Shown here: one piece after another, positions 27,541 to 41,349 of the stretch | Layout of the letters: each line of letters starts with the position of its first letter | How positions within the stretch are numbered: the stretch's first letter is position 1 | Source of the DNA: Eledone cirrhosa | Lineage: Eukaryota | Length of the DNA stretch: 64,000 nt | NCBI GenBank assembly: GCA_964016885.1 | Contig: OZ024742.1 | Location: 107,694,001-107,758,000, forward strand | Direction of reading: 5' to 3' | Program-made: the position numbers and the translations under genes | Notes under the pieces: generated by a model | The model's database searches: none | Told to the model about the DNA's origin: nothing | Seen by the model: only the letters and a program-made list of their open reading frames with translations

Positions 27541-28551
27541 TATATAAATCAACAAAGGAGCCTTTAATACATTAAAAATCTTTATTCGCTGACAGTGTTT
27601 CGTCCCAGTAATTAGGACTCTTCAGAGCAAGGAAAAGACAAAAAATATCAACGGCTAGAACAAGCCAAAATTCAGAAGAATAGAGAAATGGAAAAATAGA
27701 AATATAAATGTTAGATTATAAGATATAATATGCAGGTAATATAAAAGCAGGATAAGGAGGCTAGGTCTAGGATGTTGCGACATATTTAGATTTCAGGTAA
27801 CTAAGAAATCTAATTTGTAGATATATATTTTTTTGTGAATATGTATATGTGTGTGGATGTTTGTTATATGTATAACACAATTGTTTGTGGCGTATTCGTA
27901 TTCAATAGCCGTTTGGATTCCTTATCATTTTAGTTTTTTTAGTTTATTATTATTATTATTAGTTTTCTTCGGTTTATTGATTTTTAGTTTTCTGTTTTTT
28001 TTAGCTTATTTAGCCTATTTAGTCCCTTGTCCATTATTATATCTCTATCTTTATACTCATCCTTTGTCAACTTATATATTTCTATCTTTATATTCACCCC
28101 TAGTTGGAGTCTTATTGTCTCCTTGACTAACTAATAGTTTAATTTTAGTCCTTTACATCTACGGTTAATGAACTTCATTTTTTCTTCACTTAATCTTTGC
28201 CTTATTGAATATATATATTATATCTTTATGTTCCTTCTTGTCCTCCATAGTTTTACTTCTTTCTGTTCCTTTTTGTCCACCATAGTTTTTATTGGAATCT
28301 TTACTTTGGATAACGTCAGTCGTCATAACAGAAATTAAATATATATTCGATGAATGTATTCGCTCGTTTATTGGAATATCTTAATTTCTATCGGCATGAG
28401 TGACTTAAACTTTGTTCCAAATAGAGTGTAACATAATGTTTATTTAACTTTTAATAAATTAATTAAAATTAAAAAGGGTTTCGATTCAGTTATTTGACTT
28501 TGAATAGTTATATCATTAATTTTCACCTAACAGATTGTTGTGCCTACGCGT

Positions 28552-28582
<31 letters not shown>

Positions 28583-28858
28583 GCTATGATTTGTTACTTC
28601 TGTCTGTCTTTCCTATCTTTTGTCACTTGTGTTGATGAATATATTGAGTAAATATGATTTAAATCTTTCTCCCTTGCAATTATATGTTTGGTGTTGAAAT
28701 ATTAATATGTAATATTATATTGCTGTATGTATTTGAATTGCCTATATCTCTATTCATCTTATCGTATATTTGCTATACGCTCATTTATTTTTACTTTATT
28801 TTATCGGTATTTATCGGTAAATATTTACCTGTTATATTTCATTATTTATTGTCTATTA

Positions 28859-29047
28859 GGGCGGTGGATTGGCAGTATCGGTAGAGGGTCGGACGCCATG
28901 CTTTCCAGCATAGTTACGTCCCTTTACGATCTGAGTTCAAATTCCGCCGAGGTTGACTTTGCCTTTCATCCTTACGGGGTCGATAAAATAAAGTACCAGT
29001 AATGCACTGGGTAATTGCTGGCCTTGTGCCTAAAGTAGAAACAATTA
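28859..29047 (+). mobile_element. Family-B SINE with 18-bp TSD
   Basis: TSD attatttattgtctatta at 28841-28858 and 29044-29061; A/B-box-like head. Confidence 0.9.
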
Positions 29048-29837
29048 TTTATTGTCTATTATATATTCTTTACCATATATATATTTTTTTATCATACTTT
29101 ATTTTATTTTATGGCATTATTTTTTACCCTGTGGTATACGTTATGTTTTTATACATGTTATGTTGACTTTGCATGGTACGTTGGAAGTATTTATGTTTTT
29201 CAATGTCAATATTTCTTTGATTTTAGTATTGTTTAATCACACCGTCAGGGTGATTATTCTATTATAGTGCATATATATATATATTTGTGTTAATATGTGT
29301 ATGTGTAAATGTGTATATGTGTGTGTATATATATGTGTGTGAGTGTGTGTGTATATATTACATTTTATTTCTGTATTATATTATATATTGCATTGTATTG
29401 TATATTATATTATATTTTTTATATCTTATTTCTCGGATTATATTATTGTGTTGTATTTCGAGTATTGGACATATATTGTACTTTTAACGTGGCGATTTTA
29501 GTGTTTGCTTGCTCTCTTGCCCTATAGTTTTTATGTACCAATGTACCCTATTACGTTTGATACATCTTTCCTGGATAATTTTCCGAAATATCCTTCTTTA
29601 CATATTATCGGGTGTGTTATAAATTTTTATAAATTTTTACCCATTAATAATTAAGTGCCTTTCTTAGTTACCTGAAATCTAAATATGTCGCAACATCCTA
29701 GACCTAGCCTCCTTATCCTGCTTTTATATTACCTGCATATTATATCTTATAATCTAACATTTATATTTCTATTTTTCCATTTCTCTATTCTTCTGAATTT
29801 TGGCTTGTTCTAGCCGTTGATATTTTTTGTCTTTTCC

Positions 29838-29882
29838 TTGCTCTGAAGAGTCCTAATTACTGGGACGAAACACTGTCAGCGA
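29838..29882 (+). ncRNA. Minimal type I hammerhead (mirror at 27586-27630, minus strand)
   Basis: TTGCT-CTGAAGA-GTCCT-AATTACT-GGGAC-GAAA-CACTG-TC-AGCGA, then AATAAA. Confidence 0.85.
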
Positions 29883-30027
29883 ATAAAGATTTTTAATGTA
29901 TTAAAGACTCCTTTGTTGATTTATATAATTTTTTCGGCTCTGTTTGATAACATTGAGCTATCTCTTGTACTGTCATTTCTCTAATGCGACGAGTGTGTTT
30001 GACTCTAATGCACTCAAGTGTTTTTAT

Positions 30028-30628
<601 letters not shown>

Positions 30629-30636
<8 letters not shown>

Positions 30637-30860
30637 TACCAGATTAAAGTTTAAGCAAAGAATCGCTGCTTTCACTCTTAACGGGATCTTCTGATACTCA
30701 GTTTCAGAAGATCCCGTTAAGAGTGAAAGCGGCGATTCTTTGCTTAAACTTTAATCTGTTATTTTAATAAATATTTGCTCTAGGGTTCTTATATATTTGA
30801 TATGTATTAATATTTATTGAGCCCTCTTTGGATTTTAGTCTTCACATTTACTATTATTAC
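30629..30860 (+). mobile_element. Fold-back short insertion in (TA)n
   Basis: ~66-bp arms around 30699 and a ~92-nt unpaired tail. Confidence 0.7.
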
Positions 30861-30891
<31 letters not shown>

Positions 30892-30987
30892 GGGAGTGCG
30901 TGTATATATATATATATATATTATTTGTTTGTTAAAACAATCAAATTAAATTAATTCAACAGTTAAACACACATAGGAATAATAAGG

Positions 30988-32844
30988 TTTTGAAAGTAGG
31001 TTTATAATTATTAATTTTCATTATATTTTATAGCTGTCTCAGTGGCCTAGTTGGAGGAATCGTAGACGGTGGTAACCCTGGTCTGAAGTTCTATCTTGGT
31101 CGAGAGTTTTTCAGTTTTTTTCTATGAGATGACACTTCGTCCTGGATTGAATCCAAGACTAGCATCTCCACCGTCTCTAGTACCTACCGCTAGTCCACTG
31201 AGATAGCTACGAAATTCTACTGAAAATTCAAACTTATAAACCTACTTTCAAAATTTTCAAAACAAAATCATGTGGTATCATTCATATATTTTTTAATGTT
31301 ATTGCTCCTACCCAAGGTCGACTTCTAAATCATTTTAGTGTTCCATAAACTACATCCTCGTTTTGTTTATCTATTTTGTTTATCTATCTAGACTATATTT
31401 TAAGTTGTAATCCATGTTTCATTTCTGTTGTACCTCATTCCCCTCCCCTATCTCTCTCCCCCTCTCTCTCTGTCTCTCTCTCTCCCTCTATCTCTGTGAT
31501 ATTACCAAAGAGCGAGAAGATTGACAAGTCGACCCTAAATATGACTAATAACTCTAGGAAAGCCATGAAGTACACCACATCTATTTAACATAGATTTTGA
31601 AAGTAGGTTTATAATTATTAATTTTCATTATATTTTTGTAGCTGTCTCGGTGGCCTAGTTGGAGGAATCATTGATGGTGGTGATCCTGGTCTGACGTTCG
31701 ACCATGGTCGGGAGTAGGGTTCCCGGTAAACATTTTCATTATTTTTTATGGGATGTAAAATAAAAACTGAAAAGATTACATGTACTTCTTGACCAGGATT
31801 GAACCCAAGACCAGGATCTCCACCTTCTCTAGTACCTAGCACTAGGCCAGTGAGACAACTCACTTGAAAATTCATACTTATAAACCTACTTTCAAAATTT
31901 TCATATTTAACATTGATTTTGAAAGTAGGTTTATAATTATTGATTTTCATTATATTTTGTAGCTGTATCGGTGGAGGAATCGTAGATGGTGGTGATCCTG
32001 GTCTGAAGTTCGATCCTTGTCGGGAGTAGAGTGCCTGGTAAAGCTTTTCAGTTTTTTATCTATGGGATGTGAAATAAAAGCTGAAATAGATTACATGTAC
32101 CCTTCGACCAGGATTGAACCCAAGACCAGCATCTCCACCATCTCTAGCACCTACCGCTAGTCCACTGAGACAGCTACGAAATTCTACTGAAAATTCATAC
32201 TTATAAACCTACTTTCAAAATGTTCAATATAAAATGATATGATGTCGTTCATGTCTTTCTTAATGTTATTGCTCCTACTTAAGGTCGACTTCTAAATCAT
32301 TTGCATGTTCCATAAACTACATCCTCGTTTTGTTTCTCATCTACCTAGTGTATATTTTAACCTGTAATCCATGTTTCATTTCTGTTGCACCACATTTCTT
32401 CCCCTCATCTCTCCGTCTCTCTCTCTCTTTCTCTCTGTGATATTACCAAAGAACCACAAGAACCACAAGATTGACAAGTCAACCCTAAATATGACTAATA
32501 GGACTAGGAAGGCCATGAAGACACCACATCTTTTTAACATTGATTTTGAAAGTAGGTTTATAATTATTGATTTTCATTATATTTTTGTAGCTGTCTAGTG
32601 GCCTAGCTGGAGGAATCGTAGACGGTTGTGGTCCTGCTCTGAAGTCGGGAGTAGAGTACCCGGTAAAGCTTTTCATTTTTTTTCTATGGGATGTAAAATA
32701 AAATCCGAAATAGATTACATGTACCCCTCGACCTGGATTGAACCCAAGACCAGTATCTCCACCATCTCTTGTACCTACCGCTAGTCCACTGAGACGGCTA
32801 AGAAATTCTACTGAAAATTCATACTTATAAACCTACTTTCAAAA
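30988..32844. repeat. Tandem array of four ~265-305-bp palindromic units, each with two convergent tRNA-like heads
   Basis: Units 30988-31253, 31595-31897, 31917-32220 and 32544-32844 are bounded by TTTTGAAAGTAGGTTTATAA / TTATAAACCTACTTTCAAAA; a ~330-bp linker is repeated twice. Confidence 0.85.
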
Positions 32845-32866
32845 TTTTCAAAACAAAATCATATGG

Positions 32867-33298
32867 TGATGATTGCCAAACAGCATGAAACAGACTGTTA
32901 GCTTCTCTGCCATCTTTCGCCGAAAAGAAGTAAGTGACATAATCACTCTTTAAAAATGATAGCGTAAGGTCTTCAAAATGTTTTTAATTAAACATACGGT
33001 ATATTGCCAAATATACTATGCATACATTCATGTATACATCGCTATTTCAGAGCACCAATCCTAATACTTAATTTTTGCTGGACAGGCAACCGCTCTGTAT
33101 AATCAGCTCCTGATTATTACTGGAATTCTATAAGAATCCAGCTTCTATAATTTTCTGTGGAAGAGGGCAGTACGTAGCTCTGATGAATGCCAACAGTATG
33201 AAACAGACTATTAGCTTCTCTGCCTTCTTTCGACGAAAAGAAGTAAGTGACATAGTCACTACTTTAAAAATGATAGCGTAAGGTCTTCAAAATGTTTT

Positions 33299-33300
<2 letters not shown>
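32867..33300 (+). mobile_element. Retrozyme/pLTR-like partial dimer (period ~314 nt) ending in (TA)n
   Basis: 32867-32990 resembles 33181-33300, and each begins at a hammerhead core. Confidence 0.75.
33176..33216 (+). ncRNA. Minimal type I hammerhead
   Basis: AGCT-CTGATGA-ATGC-CAACA-GTAT-GAAA-CAGACTA-TT-AGCT; the upstream copy has CAGACTG but lacks the 5' strand of stem I. Confidence 0.75.
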
Positions 33301-33335
<35 letters not shown>

Positions 33336-33339
<4 letters not shown>

Positions 33340-33500
33340 TAATGGTAGCTAAGATGCTTCCATAGGCGGTATGCCGGTTGAGCACTCTATGCTCCTACGG
33401 AGCAGAGTATTATAGAATGGAAAACGAAAAATCAGTGATGCATCGGAACTCAATTTATTGTGTGTTACAATTGTTTCCCCGGCGAACAGCTCGAGGTGCG
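33336..33500 (-). mobile_element. pLTR-like 3' end with half hammerhead
   Basis: Minus strand GAAA-CAATTG-TA-ACACAC-AATAAA, ending at (TA)n; pieces recur at 52232-52288. Confidence 0.5.
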
Positions 33501-33765
33501 ATCTGTGTGTGGATCTACCTGACTCTAGATTCGCAGGTGTCTCGGACACGTCTATTGATTTCGGAGCATATCCTCTTTCTGGAGTTTCTGGCGCTACGGG
33601 TCTGTATCGTCCACCTTCATCCGCTTTGCGCGTCCTTGGGTTGGTCACTGGTTAGTGGCGTCATCATTATTCTGACCACTGGTAGCAGCCCGCTGACCGT
33701 CAGAGTGTGTGCTGTCACCCACTGTCCCGTCGGCAAAATTACTGCTGTTTGTCAGCTCACACTCC

Positions 33766-33850
<85 letters not shown>

Positions 33851-34531
33851 TGACAGATACATACAGAGTAGCTTGTGTGCTTACGTTCACACATGCACAC
33901 CCAGAAGCATACACACATATCCATGTGTACACACACACATAAATAGTCACACAAATATACGCATACATGCACACAGAGAGGCACACACACACACACACAC
34001 ACGCGCGTGCATATACGCACGCATATACACAGACACACACACATACACGCACCCGTTTATATACATGCACACACACACGCGTATGCATTCGTACATATAC
34101 ATACACATACACGCACAGATATATATACATACATACACATACATACACACATATGCACATCTGCACATATACATGCATATACACACACATACACATACAT
34201 ATATATATATATACACCTACCCACACGCCCACACACATATACATATATACATACACACACATATACATATACATATATATATATATATACACATACATAC
34301 CTTTATATATTTTTTCTCCTACACGTGTGCATACACACACACACAGGCTTGCACATATATTCTAACACATATGTATATATGTATATACACACATCTACAC
34401 ACAAAAAGATATGCAAAAAATACATGTAAGAAAAGCATATATGATACACATTGGGCTGTACATGCAAAAATGCACCTTGGTGAACGTGCTGACAGAATTG
34501 ATATTATGTTGCCAACGTGGATTAATCCACC

Positions 34532-35317
34532 TATAGACACCTCAAGCAAGGCTACATATGGGGAGGCTCAATATAGACACCTCAAGCAAGGCTACATATG
34601 GGGAGGCTCAATATAGACACCTCAAGCAAGGCTACATATAGGGAGGCTCAATATAGACACCTCAAGCAAGGCTACATATGGGGAGACTCAATATAGACAC
34701 CTCAAGCAAGGCTACATATGGGGAGGCTCAATATAGACACCTCAAGCAAGGCTACATATGGGGAGGCTCAATATAGACACCTCAAGCAAGGCTACATATG
34801 GGGAGGCTCAATATAGACACCTCAAGCAAGGCTACATATGGGGAGGCTCAATATAGACACCTCAAGCAAGGCTACATATGGGGAGGCTCAATATAGACAG
34901 CTCAAGCAAGGCTACACATGGGGAGGCTCAATATAGACACCTTAAGCAAGGCTACATATGGGGAGGCTCAATATAGACACCTCAAGCAAGGCTACACATG
35001 GGGAGGCTCAGGATAGACACCTTAAGCACGGCTACATATGGGGAGGCTCAATATAGACACCTCAAGCAAGGCTACACATGGGGAGGCTCAGGATAGACAC
35101 CTTAAGCAAGGCTACATATGGGGAGGCTCAATATAGACACCTTAAGCAAGGCTACATATGGGGAGGCTCAATATAGACACCTTAAGCAAGGCTACATATG
35201 GGGAGGCTCAATATAGACACCTTAAGCAAGGCTACATATGGGGAGGCTCAATATAGACACCTTAAGCAAGGCTACATATGGGGAGGCTCAATATAAGCAC
35301 CTCAAGCAAGGCTACAC
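34532..35317. repeat. 40-bp minisatellite, ~19.5 copies (tatagacacctcaagcaaggctacatatggggaggctcaa)
   Basis: Exact 40-bp period with few variants. Confidence 0.97.
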
Positions 35318-35780
35318 GTGGTATTAATGTAAAGGGTATGCCCAGGCCGTATATAGAAAATGCATGCAGAATATATAAAAAAATGTAGAATATATAAAAA
35401 AATACATACATCTGAATTATATAAGAAAAGTATACAAAGATACACATTGGTTTCTACATGGAAAAATACATGGGGTCTTACGTAATGGAGTGTGTGGAGA
35501 ATATGTACAGACCACTGAGAAGATACGCATGCAGGGAGTGCGTGAGCAGGCTAAAATGGAGCATGTCACTGTGGGTGAGATAGAGTGCCTTATTGATGTA
35601 TGGTACGGGACTGAATATCCGTGGAGGTTGAGCCACCGTGTCCCGGCTCATGCGATGTTGTTGCCTAGGATGAGGTGCCGCGGCCGATAGGCATCATATA
35701 TATATATGGATAGATAGATGGATAGATAGATAGATAGGTAAATAGACAAACAGACAGGTATAGATAGATAGATTTCATCT

Positions 35781-35857
<77 letters not shown>

Positions 35858-36068
35858 TCCTCATCCCACTCTCTCTTTCCTTCCTTCTAACACATAGCAT
35901 CTAATCGCTTCTTTGCTCTACATGCTGTCAGGCTACTCTAAACCTTTTCAAATTTCTGAAAACACAAACGCCCTTTCGGCGCCCTATCCTTGTATATCTA
36001 ATATATATACATTTAGACTAATCTAATATATAAATGTTTTTCATAAACATCCTGGATATTATTCAATA

Positions 36069-36187
<119 letters not shown>

Positions 36188-36589
36188 GAGAGAGAGAGTG
36201 AGAGAGAGAGAGGGAGGGGATGTGGAGGGAAACGACCAAATTTCAATGTTTTCCCATTCTAACAATGTTGCCAGTCAACTTCAGAGGAAAAGCACATGAG
36301 CAAAAAAAAAAAGAAAAAAAGAAAATGAAAAGTTTTTATAGAAACATTTAGGCTAAAGCTGAACTCTATGCACACAACATTTTTAATACCTGGTCAGACT
36401 AGAATTACATCTCTTGTAAACTACTGTGTTTTCCTCGACAGAAGGGACATTCCTTGTTTTTTTTTTAAACCTAAGCAACATTACAAATGGAAACTTAGAA
36501 AATTAGACATGACAAAACATTAAGTGCTTTTTTCAAATGTTTATTATTATTTTTCATATATATATATATATGAACGTATGTATAGTATA

Positions 36590-36910
36590 TATGGTAATAT
36601 ACTGTATGTTTAATTGAAAATATTTTGAAGACCATTCGCTATGAGTTTTAAAGTAGTGACTATGTCACTTACTTATTATCGGCAAAAGCAAAGGAGAGTG
36701 ATCGACAGTCCTGTTTCTCGCTCATTAGCGTTTATCAAGACCACTCACTCCTTCGCTTCTGCTGAGAGTTATAGAAGTTGGATTCTTATAGAATTCCAGT
36801 AATATCTAAGAGCGAAGTATACATGATTGTATGTATAGTATATTTGGCAATATACAGTATATATATAACCTTAAACATTCATAGCGAAAGGCTTTCAAAT
36901 ATTTTTTATA
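36590..36910 (-). mobile_element. Diverged relative of the 32867-33300 element, with degenerate hammerhead at 36698-36744
   Basis: Shared segments (aagtaagtgacatagtcactactttaaaa; ttactggaattctataagaatcc); minus strand GTGGTC-TTGATAA-ACGCT-AATG-AGCGA-GAAA-CAGGACTG-TC-GATCAC. Confidence 0.7.
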
Positions 36911-37521
36911 AACATCTCGTTTATGTACATTAAATTATGCACTAAATTTATATTTGTATATATACAGTACTATGTTTAACCAAGTTTGCGTAAATGTGCA
37001 TACAAAAATATTCATTGAGTATATGTATCTAGCTAGCTAGATAGTTAGATAGAGAAATATTGGGAGAAAGAGATAGTTTCATATATCTCCAATTGTGGTA
37101 GAATTAGGGTTAAGCATACTATACACTTAACATATATTCCGAATTAGTAAATAGGTGTGGTTGCTTACAATTCAAATTAACATTTAATACATTTAACAAT
37201 ACTTAAGAAGATTTAAAATGCTTTTCTTACCGATATTTCATTCCGAGTTATTGAACGCGTAATTTACTGGAAGCTAGAAACATTGATTTAACCAGTTATG
37301 ACCCTGACGCCATATTAGTTTTCTCTTTTATGTAAATTTATGTGAGTTTTATAGCTAGATAGGTTAAGTAATAAATATTTTTAAATGACAAAAGGTAATG
37401 ATTTTGTTGGGAGATAAAATCTTTGTTATTCTCTCCAGTTCATAGCATGGTAAATCAAAATGTTTAGAAAAGATTATCGTTGGAATATTGTTTGTTTTTG
37501 CATATGCATATATAGATAGCT

Positions 37522-37680
37522 AGGCAGAGAATTGGCAGAGTCGTTAGAATGTCGGATAGAATGCTTTGCGGTATTCGTTTTGGCTCTTTCCTCTCTTAGT
37601 TCAAATCCCGCTGAGGTCAACTTTGTCTTTAATCCATTCGCGGTCGATATAACAGTACCAGTCATGTACTGGGATCGATT
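37522..37680 (+). mobile_element. Family-B-related SINE
   Basis: tRNA-like head (TTGGCAGAGTCG, GTTCAAATCCC) followed by gctgaggtcaactttg...gtaccagt. Confidence 0.7.
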
Positions 37681-38295
37681 CTTTCACGATATCTCTTTCT
37701 CACTTTAATTCTCTCATTCTCTATCCTTCTCTGGAAGATATCTACTGTTTTCAGACCTGGAGAGGAGATGGGCTCCGTCAGGTTTAAAAATGCTATATGG
37801 TGCCCCTACAACTCCCTCAGGAGTTACGGGACCATATATACAGCTGGTTTGAAGGAACAGGAGAAAGTTTTTACATATTCAATATAGTAGATGTACTTTT
37901 CGTCAGTAACGCTCTTCTCAACAATAGTGATGACGAGCCTCGATGATACCTGCGAATGTATAGGTTAACTCCCTCCTTCCTTTATTTCCCTGTTGCTAGT
38001 AATAGAGACTCGGTAGGTGGGTACGCAGCTTACAGGTCCCTAAACAGGATAATATTGGACCAAATCAACATGATTTAAGGAGGAGAATAGTCGAGTAAAT
38101 CAACAGTCATTTGATTGGTACAGGGCAATATTTGAACCCACACTGTAAAGGACAGATACGTCAAGGCTTTTTATCTAGTGCTAATCTAACGCCATTTGGA
38201 TGATGTAACGACGCTTGGCCTAGTGGTTAGGGCAGACCTGCCAACCACTAAAAACCCAAAACGGGGAGAAATGAGGCAAAATATGGAGATTTACA

Positions 38296-38485
38296 TAATT
38301 GTTTCTACTTTTGGCACAAGGCCATCAATTAACCAGTACATTACTGGTACTTTATTTTATCGACCCCGTAAGGATGAAAGGCAAAGTTAACCTCGACGGG
38401 ATTTGAACTCAGACCGCAAAGGGACGTAACTATGCTGGAAAGCATGGCATCCGACCCTCTACCGATACTGCCAATCCACCGCCCT
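38296..38485 (-). mobile_element. Family-B SINE with ~16-bp TSD, nested in a hAT-like MITE (38236-38597)
   Basis: TSD tggagattt(t)acataat at 38284 and 38486; host begins CAGACCTGCCAAC. Confidence 0.85.
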
Positions 38486-39266
38486 TGGAGATTTTACATA
38501 ATGAAAGCTATACCCATTTTCACAAGAGAAGACATCTTTCACCCACTCCAAAATGGGTGGGAGATCTCCCCGTCGGACGTGGAGAGTTGACAGACCATAA
38601 GGTAGTATATTCGTCTTCTGGATCAGGCCACCCGTTGCCATTTCACGTTGCATTTCCTGATATGATCGTGGTCCCTTAATATGCATAGTTGTGTAACAGC
38701 ATCATGATAAAAGTGGGGCCACTATCATTAATACCTCTCATGCTATACAACCTCGTAAAAGACCAACTAAACCTATATAAGCGGGAACTGTAACAAGAAC
38801 ATATATGTGTCTAGATCATGTCTGGCACCTCCCTATCATTAAAATCCCCAGAAACCTCGAGTACACGATATAATACAAACCAACGTTACAACTAATAAAA
38901 TGCTTATTTATAGTTTTTTAATGTTTAAATCTCTGAGATAAAGTCGCTTGCAAACGTTTCATCTCTATTTGTGTTTCGACGTTAATGAAACATTAAATAA
39001 CCTTACCGATGGCGTTTACAAGACTCAGTAACTTTTTTCTCCTGCGGTTAATTTTGCTGTTGCATCGATGCTGCATTAAATGTCATCTAATGCAATTAAC
39101 ACTTTGATCAGTTTTATGCTTGAAGACTTTCATTTTTAAAGTAAAACCGTTTAAGCAACATCAACCCTCGGCTCGTTTATTCTCTTTCTGATATAAAGTT
39201 TACGATAAAAAGAAGAATTGACCTTCAAACATGGCGGAAATAATTGATCAGAGGTTGAGAGTAATG

Positions 39267-39366
39267 GTGATGGTGGTGATGGTGGTGATGGTGGTGATGG
39301 TGGTGATGGTGGTGATGGTGGTGATGGTGGTGATGGTGGTGATAATGATGATGGTAATGATGGTGA
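39267..39366. repeat. (GGTGATGGT)n repeat
   Basis: Direct reading of the sequence. Confidence 0.9.
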
Positions 39367-39621
39367 TCGATGGATACTAACTAAAAAAATTACGTTTTTA
39401 AATGTTCTCTTCTGATATTGATTACACACACACACATGCACACACATACATATGTCTATGCATATAATATATAATATGCATACATACATACACACAAATC
39501 TCCCTCTCTCTATATATGTGTATGCGTGTGTATATGTGTGTTTGTGTATATATACACATTCGTACATACATATATATGTAGATGCATACCTATATTTCGA
39601 TTTGTGTGTAAGTATGTATGT

Positions 39622-40494
39622 TATGTTATCTCTTTCTCTTAATTTCGAGTATATTTTTTGACCGGCCACCTTCCTGGTGGCAAGGTTGTAAAAGAAAAGA
39701 AATTGTCATCCCTTGAATCGCAAGAATGTCTTGCAAATTTTGAAGGTGCCAGCTATCGCAGCCATTTGTAGACTATGAATTAGGGAGCTGCGCTTTTTGT
39801 CCGAAAATCCAAGTTCAGTCATACTTTGGTCCAAGCGGGTTGGTATATAACCCGTAGCTCCAATAATGATGAGTATGAAGCTAAAGGTGTATCTTGGATA
39901 CTGGATTTGTAAACTCCTCATCAATGGTCCGTAGATGTCCTCCTTCTCCTGTATTTTTCTGACAACGTTTACATCAAGTGGGCAGCTGATCTCCACAACA
40001 GAACACGTTTTCAATGTGTGGTCCCAAACAACAATATCAGGCCGGTTGTGCTTTAATTTGGTGGCAGTTTTTATTTTCAGGTTCCACCAGTATTCCTTAG
40101 TGCCATCTGTCTCAATATATTCTTCCTCGTTTGTTGTTAATTTTGTTTTCCGAAGTGCGTTCCAGATGGTTCTAGCTATCCCATCGTGTCTCATGGGGAG
40201 GTAGTAGCGAGATGACATTCTTTCGCAGCTGGCAACAATGTGGCTTACATCCTCGATCTTTGTTTTACATAGCCTACATTTATTGTCAGCTGATGGCCCT
40301 CCCCTTTTGTGCAGCAGATATTTGGTAGGGAGTTCTTGTTCCTGTATTGCATAGAGATATCCCTCAAGGTGTGATGTCATAAACTTGTCGGAACTCCATG
40401 CCAGGCTTTTTGAGTGGTTTATCCCCTCTATGGTCTGTGTTTTACGTCTCAAGTATCCATGCACAACTTTTTCTGTAAATTGGTCAATTTTTTT
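39622..40494 (-). mobile_element. R4/Dong-clade RLE non-LTR retrotransposon, 5'-truncated
   Basis: ORF to the stop at 39706: HG.YLR, AIQEQELPTK, CRLC..E...HIVASC, RHD, RPDIVVWD, VEISCP; short 3' UTR with GCCACC/GGTGGC hairpin; (CATA)n on both sides. Confidence 0.88.
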
Positions 40495-40630
40495 GTATGT
40501 ATGTATGTATGTATGTATGTATGTATGTATGTATGTATGTATGTATGTATGTATGTATGTATGTATGTACGTACGTACGTATGTATGTATGTATGTACAT
40601 ATGGACGTATCTACGTATGTACGTAAGTAC

Positions 40631-40661
<31 letters not shown>

Positions 40662-40706
40662 TGTATGTATGTATGTATGTATGTATGTATGTATGTATGT
40701 ATATAT

Positions 40707-41314
40707 GTCAGGTCACCAGTTGGTGCTACTGGTAACATGTATCCCAGTACAACCTGACTCATGGTCGGGTCGTTGGCGACTAAACTGGCAACCCCACCGA
40801 GGTTTCTTGGTGAGGAGGGTGAAGTTGGACATCCTGCAGGACTAAAAACAAAACCTGTCAAAGGGCAAAGGAGCTCTTAAGAGTCAATGGCCATCCAAAA
40901 TCACCGGGAGAGATGACCCCTTAGTCTTTGTCAAGGCAGAATTCTAGGAGAAGGAAACCTCTGATATAACACCTGCAACCCTGATGGTATCCAATGATGT
41001 TGACTTGTTCTTCTTTTTGGTAAATATCATCTTGGTTAAGAGAGTGGGACTGGCTTTGTGCAGTGCCTTTGCTCACTATAAAAGCTTCACGGCACAGGCA
41101 TTGCTTTATATCTGGAGATCTCTCTGCACTTGTCGTCACAGGGTACCATGGGCCTAGCACTGTGTCAATAATTGTCACAAGTGTAGTGTTTGTACCAGAG
41201 TTTTCAAGTCGCTGGCTGGACTAAAAAGTCACACTCGTTCAGCGCATTGGTAGGGGTTCTTCTACATGGATATAAAGTAGTGGCCGTACTCGAAAACGAG
41301 GTGGCAGCCACCAT
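40707..41314 (+). mobile_element. Non-autonomous bipartite RTE derivative (family A), full-length ~608 bp
   Basis: RTE-5'UTR-like body, then a C2H2 remnant CHKCSVCTRVFKSLAGLKSHTRSAHW* (41173-41253) and a CTCG-AAAA-CGAG tail hairpin. Confidence 0.8.
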
Positions 41315-41315
41315 G

Positions 41316-41349
<34 letters not shown>

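Noticed and set aside
30700-30740. CAGAAGA...GAAA as a hammerhead
   Set aside because: The core is altered and stem II does not pair.
31033-31105. Functional tRNA genes in the palindromic units or SINE heads
   Set aside because: A/B boxes are present but no convincing cloverleaf or acceptor stem.
33378-34616. 412-aa ORF
   Set aside because: It runs across a repeat fragment, degenerate (CA/TA)n and the minisatellite, with no domain signal.
34532-35317. CRISPR-like regular array
   Set aside because: Units are contiguous with no unique spacers, there are no cas genes, and the context is eukaryotic; it is a minisatellite.
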